A stretch of 64,000 nt of DNA. Source: Thalia democratica (Eukaryota). Below the pieces are notes generated by a model that was given only the letters and a program-made list of their open reading frames with translations, was not told the DNA's origin and did not search any database. Made by a program: the position numbers and the translations under genes. Of this stretch, positions 15,001 through 27,000 are shown one piece after another. Every line of letters begins with the position of its first letter. Position 1 is the stretch's first letter. The stretch covers positions 43,648,001 through 43,712,000 of the forward strand of contig OZ241826.1 in the NCBI GenBank assembly GCA_965202585.1, read 5' to 3'.

Positions 15001-18000
15001 TTACAAAAACTACAACGAAAGGTAAAGTAAAGCTGTTTTGTTAATTAATATTTTTTTATACTACTTTTAACTATGTTATATTGATTTTGTAATTCTAATA
15101 AGTTTTTTACATTCAAATTTTCAAAACAGAAACATATCAACCAACACTACCAGAAACATCAACTGAGCAGTCACCAGTATCTTCAACAAAACAAATTGTT
15201 ACAACTACTTACAAACCAACTGTCGTAGTAAGTACTACATCTGAAGGTGAAACTGTTCCAACTGTAGTCTATGAAACAACAACTACAACTCAACAAGAAA
15301 CTACTCCAATAATATCAGGAGAAACAACACCTTACTTATCAGAAGAAACAACACCTGTTTACTTTTCTACTGTTACTGTTGGTAAAACTACTGAAATTCC
15401 TTCGCATCAAACAACTGTCGAATCAACAACAAAACCAACTTTTGTTCATACTACAACTTCGTACGAGTATCCAGAAGGTAAGCTTAATTTTATTATATAC
15501 TTTTATAAGCCTAAATAATTTTACCAACATTAACTTTCTTTAACCAAAAAACTTTTTATAAACAACAGAAACAACCGCAATTCAAACAACAAGTGAAGTT
15601 GTTCCTACAGGTAATAAATTTCATACTTTACCAAAACCAATTTTATGCTACTTTTCTGTTCAAAAACTTATTACATGAGTTAAAATTAAAATCATGATGG
15701 CAAATGTTTTGTAAAATTAAAATATTAAATTTTAGTTAAGTACTTCAGTCGATAATAACACTGAAACAGTAGAAGTATTCTTGGTGAAAACTAATGTGAT
15801 GCTTTGTTTATTTCGAGTAATATTGTGTATATCCACCTAGATTGTAATGAAATTAGATTATGTTGCAAAGTTTCAGTACATTTTCTCTTCTGTAAAAACA
15901 CATGTTAAAACTTTTAAAATGAAAAGTACTAATTCCTGTTAATAATATTTTTAATTGAAATCTAGTTTATAATAAGAGTTTTTTATAATATTTAACAAAT
16001 TATGAGACCCCAGTGGAGTCAACAACAACCAATAAGTCGTAATTTTAAATATCAACAATTGATGAAAATATAATTAGTTATTCATAAGTTCAGCGAGAAA
16101 AATATAAAAAGTTATTAACTAAACAGAAACATCAACTCCAAGCAAAACTGTTTCTTACACAACGACAAAAGTTGAAACTACAAGTGAAATTGTAACAAAC
16201 ACTCCAACTGAAGGAGTAACTCCTCCATTTGAAGAAGAAGTAACAACTGTTGTTACAACTACAACTTCAAAACAACAAACTTCACAACCATCAGCAACAA
16301 CTGAACATCCTGAAACACCAGTTATCATTGAAACCACAACTACAACTGTCGAGAAAACTTCGACACCAATAACTTCTGAAACTACTGGAGGTTAACAATA
16401 ACTAATTAAACTTAGTTAACGAAGATGATACATTTCCGAAACTGATAAATATGATAAAAACTACCTTCATCTACTTATTATTTTAAAGTATTTTAACTGT
16501 TATTTGTATAAAGTAAATGAATAAATAAAGGAGCAGTATAATTTTTTTTTTATATAACCCTTTTTTGTTTTATAGTCGAGTAAAAATACACAAAGATTAA
16601 TATTTTTTTCTTGAATTTAGGACAAAAACCAAATGCAACAGTCGAGGTCACGACAACTGAAGTTGTTACGAAAACTCCTGTAATTTCTACAACATCTGAA
16701 GAAGCCGGTATCACTACAACACCTGTTACAGTTACTAAAACTACCACAAAAGGTAAAATAAAACTGTTTTGTTATTTAATTTTTTTTTTTTTATACTACT
16801 TTAAACTATGTTTAATTGATTTTGTAATACTAATAAGTTTATTATATTAAAATTTTTCAAAACAGAAACATACACATCAACACCACTAGAAGCTTCAACT
16901 GAGCAGTCATCAGTATCTTCAACAAAACAAATTGTTACAACTACTTACAAACCAACTGTCGTAGTAAGTACTACATCTGAAGGTGAAACTGTTCCAACTG
17001 TAGTCTATGAAACAACAACTACAACTCAACAAGAAACTACTCCAACAATATCAGGAGAAACAACACCTTACTCATCAGGAGAAACAACACCTGTTTACTT
17101 TTCTACTGTTACTGTTGGTAAAACTACTGAAATTCCTTCACATCAAACAACTGTCGAATCAAAAACAAAACCAACATTTGTTTATACTACAACTTCGTAC
17201 GAGCATCCAGAAGGTAAGCATATTTTTTTGTTATAGGCTTCAAAAATTTTATCAACAAGAGCAACTGTAGAAATTTTAATTTTATAAACGACAAAATCAA
17301 CTGCTATTCAAACAACAAGTGAAAATGTTCCTACAGGTAATAAGTTTGATATTTTAGATAAAGAGATTTTAAGTTTTCTTTGAGTTCAATAACTTAAACC
17401 GCTTTTTTAAATTAGAACCATATTATAAAATTTTGTATCACTAAAATTTCTTAAAAATTTGTTAAGTACTTTAATCAACAATGTTACTTTATCGATAGAC
17501 CTATGCTTTGGTACAAAATATTTAAGTAGTACTTTGTATATCTATTTAAGTTACAAAACATAGATGTATATAATATTTAAAGTTTCTATATATTCTCTGT
17601 TCTCTTCAAACGTATGTTATGATATTTTGAATAAAAAACGCTAATTATTATTAGTATCAGATTAGTTTGAAATCTGATTATTAATGATGTTTTTTCTTAA
17701 ATTAAGATACTTTGAAACAACAGTGAATTCAACAATTAACGATAAATAGTAATTATAAACATCAACAATTGATAGAAATATAGTTGTATATTCATAAATA
17801 CACTGGAAAAGTTATAAATCGTTTGTAATAATACAGAAACATCAATTCCTAGTGAGACTGTTTATTTCACAACAACAAAAGTTGAAACTACAAGTGAAAT
17901 TGTAACAAACACTCCAACTGAAGGAGTAACTCCTCCATTTGAAGAAGAAGTAACAACTGTTGTTACAACTACAACTTCAAAACAACAAACTTCACAACCA

Positions 18001-21000
18001 TCAGCAACAACTGAACATCCTGAAACACCAGTTATCATTGAAACCACAACTACAACTGTTGAGAAAACTTCGACACCTATAACTTCTCAAACTACTGAAG
18101 GTAAATAAATAAGTTTTTAGCAACTTATGCTCATATACTTAATAAAAACTCGCCAAAAGTATAAGTAACTTCATTCATCTTCTAACATGTTAAAACTAAC
18201 TATTACTATTTTAAATTTTAAACATACTGAAAATTTCAAAATATTAATTAAACAATTAAAATGTTTGTTTAACAACAACTTTTCATGCTTCTAAACTAGG
18301 CAAAGAACCAAATGCAACAGTCGAGGTTACCACAACTGAAGTTGTTACAAAATCTCCTGTAATTTCTACAACATCTGAAGAAGCTGGTGTCACTACAACA
18401 CCTGTTACAGTTACAAAAACTACAACAAAAGGTAATGTTAAGTAATCATTTAGTTTTTATTTTTATTTGATACATGTTTTTCCATACAGAAACATATTCG
18501 CCAACATCACCAGAAACATCAACTGAGCAGTCATCAGTATCTTCAACAAAACAAATTGTTACAACTACTTACAAACCAATTGTCGTAGTAAGTACTACAT
18601 CCGAAGGTAAAACTGTTCCAACTGTAGTCTATGAAACAACAACTACGACTCAACAAGAAACTACTCCAATAATATCAGAAGAAACAACACCTTACTCATC
18701 AGAAGAAACAACACCTGTGTTTACAACTGTTATTGGTACAACTACTGAAGTTCCATTGCACGAAACTACAGTTCAATCTCATTCAACGTTTATTCCTTCA
18801 GGTAAGTTAAGTGTTTTTAGTTTCTAAAATAAGTTTGAAGTTTATCTTTCAAGTATTAAAATGTAAATGTTTTAATTTTTAATATATCTCTGTTATATAT
18901 TTTACCACAATTTTTATATATAAAAAGGTACAACTACCGAAAGTTTGGAAACAACCGTCTCAACAGGTTTGAATTTGATATATTTGAATTAATGATATAG
19001 GTATATTTAAGAAATTAAAAAGACTACAATTTTTTAAAACTTCATTCTTAGTCTCAACTGTTGTGTTAGTATAACCTACTTAGATAGCCAATAAAATTAA
19101 AATACTTTTAACTTTTAAGTACTAAATATACTTGAAACACAACATTACAATTTTAAACAAATTTATAACGATTCCTTTTTATAGATTTTTTTCTAAATCC
19201 TGTTTAATTTAACTTTTGATATACTTTTGTTTGAAGAGTATTTCGATATGCTTTTACACAACTTTAAAATACAACAGTTTATAAATTATTCGATCTTTTC
19301 AAAAATTTTGTGAGTAATTTAATATTCTTTCTGTTTTGTACTTTTGACAAAGAAATAAAACGGTTTGGAATGCAACGTGAAGAATTGTTTACTATAAAAT
19401 GTAAATTAAAATATTTTTACAGCACTAATTAATTTTTAAGAATTTGATAAACATTTAAATTGTTATAGAAACATCAACTCCAAGCAAAACTGTTTCTTTC
19501 ACAACAACAAAAGTTGAAACTACAAGTAAAATTGTAACAAACACTCCAGCTGAAGGAGTAACTCCTCCATTTGAAGAAGAAGTAACAACCATTTTTACAA
19601 CTACAACTTCAAAACACCAAACTTCACAACCATCAGGAACAACTGAACATCCTGAAACACCAGTTATCATTGAAACCACAACTACAACTGTTGAGAAAAC
19701 TTCGACACCAATAACTTCTGAAACTACTGAAGGTTAGCAAACTAGTTTTTAATTAACCATAATGTAAGATGTGAAATTTAGGAGTCTGATATAACATTAA
19801 AATGTTTAAAATTGGTGACTCTTTGTTAACAGAGGATTTTTCAATGTTCTAAAAGGGTAAAATAATAAATATAGATCGAAGTTTTGACGTTTTTGATTAT
19901 TTTTTCAACAGTTTTCATGTTTTTTTCTTATGTAAAAAGTTAACATAAACAAAAAATAATATTGTTTATCAGGTAAGAAACCAAATGCAACAGTCGAGGT
20001 CACGACAACTGAAATTGTTACAAAAACTCCTGTAATTTCTACAACATCTGAAGAAGCTGGTATCACTACAACACCGGTTACAGTTACAAAAACTACCACA
20101 AAAGGTTAAGTAAAGCTGTTTTGTTATTTAATATTATTTTTTGTGCTACTTTAAATTATGTTAAATTTATTTTGTAATTCTAATAAGTTTTTTACATTAA
20201 AATTTTCCAAAACAGAAACATATCAACCAACATCACCAGAAACATCAACTGAGCAGTCACCAGTATCTTCAACAAAACAAATTGTTACAACTACTTACAA
20301 ACCAATTGTCGTAGTAAGTACTACATCTGAAGGTGAAACTGTTCCAACTGTAGTCTATGAAACAACAACTACAACTCAACAAGAAACTACTCCAATAATA
20401 TCAGGAGAAACAACACCTTACTCATCAGAAGAAACAACACCTGTTTACTTTTCTACTGTTACTGTTGGTAAAACTACTGAAATTCCTTCACATCAAACAA
20501 CTATCGAATCAACAACAAAACCAACTTTTGTTCATACTACAACTTCGTACGAGTATCCAGAAAGTATGCTTAAGTTCTTGTAAACTTTTTTATTACTTAA
20601 AATATTTCTTTAAAGACTTGATTTTAAACTAATTGTTTATTTTCTCTACTATATCAACTATTTTATAAACAACAGAATCGACTGCCATTCAGACAACGAG
20701 TAAAACTACGCCTACAGGTAAGAAGTTTTAAACATTTTAGGCTTTTAAGTTACTTTTACCTTTAACTACTAAATTCACAGGTTAAATCAAATTTGATATT
20801 TTGTTCCAACTTTATATAAGTCCTTGTCCACAGAAAATAACGTAAAATAGTCCAATAATTAGAGTAAGTAAGAAACTGATTGAAACTTTACTAAATGTTT
20901 GTAAATACCACAGAGTAAAAAGTTTTATAAATAAAACTACCAACTTAACTACTAAATTTTTCAGTTAAACAGCAACATTAACAACTTCAGATAGAGTGTA

Positions 21001-24000
21001 ACTAAAAATTACCAAACGATGAAAAAGAGTTGCTTATTTTTAGGCATACATTATTAGTTTAAAAAACGTTTTTAACAAAACAGAAACATCAACTCCTAGC
21101 GAAACTGTTTCTTTCACGACAACAAAAGTTGAAACTACAAGTGAAATTGTAACAAACACTCCAACTGTAGGAGTAACTCCTCCATTTGAAGAAGAAGTAA
21201 CAACTGTTGTAACAACTACAACTTCAAAACAACAAACTTCACAACCATCAGCAACAACTGAACATCCTGAAACACCAGTTATCATTGAAACAACAACTGC
21301 AACTGTTGAGAAAACTTCGACACCAATAACTTCTGAAACTACTAAAGGTAAATATTTTCCATTAACCCGCAGTTTATCTTTGAAATTAAAATTCCTGATA
21401 CCAAGCTGAAAATTACAGCATTAATAGTTTTCTTTTAATACCTTTTATTTTAAGGAACAGTGTAATTTTTTATATAAAAAGTGTAATTAAAGTCTGCATT
21501 TTCGATAATAATAACTGTTTTTTGAACAGTTTTTAAGTTTTTTTTTTTTTGTATGAAAGTAAATTTAAACACAAAGTAATATTGTATATTAGGACAAAAA
21601 CCAAATGCTACAGTCGAGGTTACGACAACTAAAGTTGTTACAAAAACTCCTGTAATTTCTACAACATCTGAAGAAACTGGTGTCACTACAACACCTATTA
21701 CAGTTACAAAAACAACTACAAAAGGTAAAGTAAAGCTGTTTTGTTATTTAATATTATTTTTGTACTATTCTAAATTATATTAAATTGATTTTTTAATTCT
21801 AATAAGTTTTTTACATTAAAATTTTCAAAACAGAAACATATCAACCAACATCACCAGAAACATCAACTGAGCAGTCACCAGTATCTTCAACAAAACAAGT
21901 TGTTACAACTACTTACAAACCAACTGTCGTAGTAAGTACTACATCTGAAGGTGAAACTGTTCCAACTGTAGTCTATGAAACAACAACTACAACTCAACAA
22001 GAAACTACTCCAATAATATCAGGAGAAACAACACCTTACTCATCAGAAGAAACAACACCTGTGTTTACAACTGTTACTGGTACAACTACTGAAGTTCCAT
22101 CGCATCAAACAACTGTTCTATCTCATTCAACGTTTATTCCTTCAAGTAAGTTAAATAATAACAGTTAATTTAAAAATATTTTAAATATTATGTTTACAAA
22201 ATTTTGCAAAACAATTATCAAATTAAATATTTGCATTTTGAATAAACTAAGTTAAATGTTTGAAATAAAACTTTAAATAAAAAAAGGTACAACAGGTGAA
22301 AGTTTGGAAACAACCATATCAACAGGTTAGTATTTCATTTGTTTATAGATATTTTATGTTAAAGTTTTAATGGTATTTGTATAGATCTAATTTAGAAGTT
22401 CAAAAATGCGTCTATTTCTGTAAATTCTTATTCTTTTTTTTTGAAATATTTATAGTAGCATTAAAATAAAAAACTTAGTTTATTATAAACCAAATAATCC
22501 CGAAACACAAAAGTAATATTTATATCAAAACTTAACAAACCCCTTTTCGTATTAATTTTATAGAGATACTTTAATTTACTTTTTTATATAATTTTAATTA
22601 AGGTAGTATCTATTGTGGTTTCAAACAACCTGAAATACCAAAATTAACCATATAAGATATATATTCGTTATCAAAAATATTTTAATAATTCAATTTTTTT
22701 TTAGTAGTTTGCACTTTTGACAAAGCGATTATAAATTTACAATACAAAGTAAAAAAATTGTTTATTATAAAATGTAAATTAAAAAGTCTATTAGAACACG
22801 CTTAAAGTTTACTTACTTTTAAAGCATTCAACATATCTTTTAATTGTTTTAGAAACATCAACTCCTAACAAAACTGTTTTTATTACAACAACAAGAGTTG
22901 AAACTACAAGTGAAATTGTAACAAACGCTCCAACTGAAGGAGTAACTCCTCCATTTGAAGAAGAAGTAACAACTATTGTAACAACTACAACTTCAAAACA
23001 ACAAACTTCACAACCATCAGCAACAACTGAACATCCTGAAACACCAGTTATCATTGAAACCACAACTACAACTGTTGAGAAAACTTCGACACCAATAACT
23101 TCTCAAACTACTGAAGGTTAACAATATCTTTACAAAACAGTTTTAATAAACTTAGTTAACATAGATGATACATTTCCGAAACTGATAATTATGAAAATTA
23201 CCTTCATCTACTTATTACTTTAAAGTATTTTTCTTTATTATTTTGTATAAAGTAAATAAATAAATTTAGCAGTATAATTTTTTTTTTATATAACCCTTTT
23301 TTCTTTTATAGTCGAGTAAAAATACACAAAAATTAATGATTTTTTTTTTGAATTTAGGACAAAAACCAAAAGCAACAGTCGAGGTTACGACAACTGAAGT
23401 TGTTACAAAAACTCCTGTAATTTCTACAACATCTGAAGAAGCTGGTATCACTACAACACCTGTTACAGTTACCAAAACTACAACAAAAGGTAAAGTAAAA
23501 CTGTTTTGTTATTTAATATTAATTTATTATTTAGAATTTTATATTAATTAACTATTCAATATTATTTTTTGTACTATTTTAACTATGTTAAATTGATTTT
23601 GTAACTCTAATGATTTTTTACACTAAAATTTTCAAATCAGAAACATATCAGCCAACATTACCAGAAACATCAACTGAGCAGTCACCAGTATCTTCAACAA
23701 AACAAATTGTTACAACTACTTACAAGCCAACTGTCGTAGTAAGTACTACATCTGAAGGTGAAACTGTTCCAACTGTAGTCTATGAAACAACAACTACAAC
23801 TCAACAAGAAACTACTCCAATAATATCAGGAGAAACAACACCTTACTCATCAGAAGAAACAACACCTGTTTACTTTTCTACTGTTACTGTTGGTAGAACT
23901 ACTGAAATTCCTTCACATCAAACAACTGTCGAATCAACAACAAAACCAACATTTGTTCTTACTACAACTTCGTACGAGTATCCAGAAAGTGAGTAAAAAT

Positions 24001-27000
24001 TTATTTTGTGGTTACATATGGCTTTAAACTTTTTACTAACACTAGTATCTATATAAAACAAACAACTTATCTATAAATAACAGAATCAACTGCCGTTCAA
24101 ACATCTAGTGAAAACGTTCCTACAGGTAATAAGTTTGATATTTTAATAAAACGGATTCTAAGTTCCTTTTTTTTTTCTTTAATAATTGAGTATATTAATT
24201 AAAAATAATCATAATGCAACTTTTGCATGAGATGCTAGTTTTAAACATTTTTTAAGTATTTTGATCAATTATATTCCATAAACAGTAGAACTATATTTTG
24301 AATAGAAATAGTATAATAGTTTATATATTTTGAGTAAAATCTGACTATCTATCTAGGTGGAAAAACAAAAATTTATACAATGTAGTAAAGTTTCAGTATA
24401 TTATCTCTTCTATTCAAACACATGTTCAGACTTTTAGAATACAGAAATTATATTTTTTATCAAAACTTTTTTTTTATCTAAAAACTGAAAAAAAAAAATT
24501 ATTATATTCAATTTATTAACTTTCTCAACTAATTAATCTTTAAAAAAAGTTTTATAACTGTACAACAATTTGAAGCAAGATCGAATTTTATCTTAATTTA
24601 GATTTTAATTATTTCAGCTAAAGTTGTTCAGTTTAGTTTCTTAAGTTATGAACTTATATTGATAAAAAAAAAGTAGTTTTTGTTTTTTTACATTTCGTGG
24701 TCAATTTAGAAACATGTTTGACAAGATAATTATTTTATTATTTAAACTTAGACCGTGAGTTTTAAACAAAATTTTATAAATAAAATTATATTTTAAAGCT
24801 TATAAAGAAATCTAATAGCATCTTAATTTTTATGAAACTGTCTTAAACAAAAAATTATAAAATAAACTTTCAGTAAACTTACCAACTCACATACCAAATT
24901 ATCCGCCGGTTGAAGAGACCACAGTGGAGTCTTTAATTTCCGGTAAGTTGTAACTATAAACTTCAACAATCGATGAAAATACAGTTGTTTACTCATAAAT
25001 GCAGTTAAAAAATTATAAAGCGTTTGTAATAATACAGAAACATCTACTCCTGTAAAAACTGTTTATTTCACGACAACAAAAGTTAAAACTACAAGTGAAA
25101 TTGTAACAAACACTCCAACTGAAGGAGTAACTCCTCCATTTCAAGAAGAAGTAACAACTGTTGTTACAACTACAACTTCAAAACAACAAACTTCACAACC
25201 ATCAGCAACAACTGAACATCCTGAAACACCAGTTATCATTGAAACCACAACTACAACTGTTGAGAAAACTTCGACACCAATAACTTCTGAAACTACTGAA
25301 AGTTTTTTTTTTGTTCATTAAGTTTTAATTTGTCTTTAAAGTTTATGGTACTGATACGAAGCTAAGTTGTTTTATCAACACCTATTTATTTTGAAGATCA
25401 ATTTCTTTTTTATACAGAATTTATGAAAAATATATCTTGTCTGTATTTTTGGTATAAATAACTGATTTTCGAACAGTCTTTAAGTTTTTGCTTTGTTCAA
25501 TGAAAGTTAATATTTGACAAGAACTACTTTTTGGTAATAGGTGAAGAATCTAATGCAACAGTCGAGGTTACCACAACTGAAGTTGTTACAAAAACTCCTG
25601 TAATTTCTACAACATCTGAAGAAGCTAGTATCACTACAACACCTGTTACAGTTACTAAAACTACAACAAAAGGTAAAGTAATACTATGTTATTAACAAAT
25701 TAATTTTTTATACTATATTTTCTAATAGAAACATACCAACCAACATCACCAGAAACATCTACTGAGCAGTCATCAGCATCTTCAACAAAACAAATTGTTA
25801 CAACTACTTACAAACCAACTGTCGTAGTAAGTACTACATCTGAAGGTGAAACTGTTCCAACTGTAGTCTATGAAACAACAACTACAACTCAACAAGAAAC
25901 TACTCCAATAATATCAGGAGAAACAACACCTTACTCATCAGTAGAAACAACACCTGTGTTTACAACTGTTACTGGTACAACTACTGAAGTTCCATCACAC
26001 GAGACTACTGTTCAATCCCATACAACAGAAGTTTATCAGACTTTCAAAACACCAAAGGGTACGTAATCTATATTTTGTTACACAAAAATAGTATTTTATT
26101 AATTAGTTTACTCAAACTTAATAAACATATAAAACATATTTTCAAATTTAATAGACATTTATTTCGTAAGAATATACATGCAAATTTAAATATTTTAATA
26201 AGAACTTTTTTTAATGTCGCAGGTACTACAACTAAGGTTCCAAGTACAGAGTTCACTGCAAGTTCTACAGAAAAAGAAACTACTGTGACATATGAACCTG
26301 GTAGCAGACAAACTGGTTAGATCTGTAGTTTCTTGTGGTCCTTAATAATACAAACTATTGCAAAAATTTCAAATATTATTCAACAGAAACAACGTCACAT
26401 TTTCCAACTGAAGCACCATCGGCAACTGTTGTGAGCTCAACATCTTCAGTTGAGACAACTTCGGAACCAACAAGTGTCACAACTCAAACTGGAACAATCG
26501 AGTCCACTGTTACTTTCAACGTTGAAACAACAACGGTCATCACTGAAACAGCGACCCCGACTGCTGGTATACAAATACCTTTTTTTTAATTTACTTTAAA
26601 AAAATACTTTTAATTATATATAAATTTAAATCGTTTATTTTTCACTATAACTTTCCAGGTGGAGAAACTACTACTTTAGAAGTGACTAAAACTGAAGTTG
26701 TCACTAAAACACCAGTTGCTACACAATCCCCAGAAACTTCAGAAACGACAACTCCAGTGACTGTGGTTGAAACTACAGAAACAGGTAATTTAGTATGACG
26801 TGTTAAAAAATGTAAACATCATTAAACAGCTTTTATTACAGAAATATTTGAAACAACAACACCGTTGGGCACATCAACCGAGGCTCCCTCAGTACCAGTT
26901 ACCACAACAACAAAAGTCGTAACAACCGCTTACATTCCGACAACAACAACAACAGAAAGTGAAAACAACACCACCGTCTACCGGACGGTGACCAGCACTA

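Noticed and set aside
8342-26058. Regular repeat-spacer-like periodicity (CRISPR or satellite?)
   Set aside because: The repeats are 39-348-nt spliceable coding exons and the 'spacers' are homologous introns. This is a eukaryotic gene with no cas genes.
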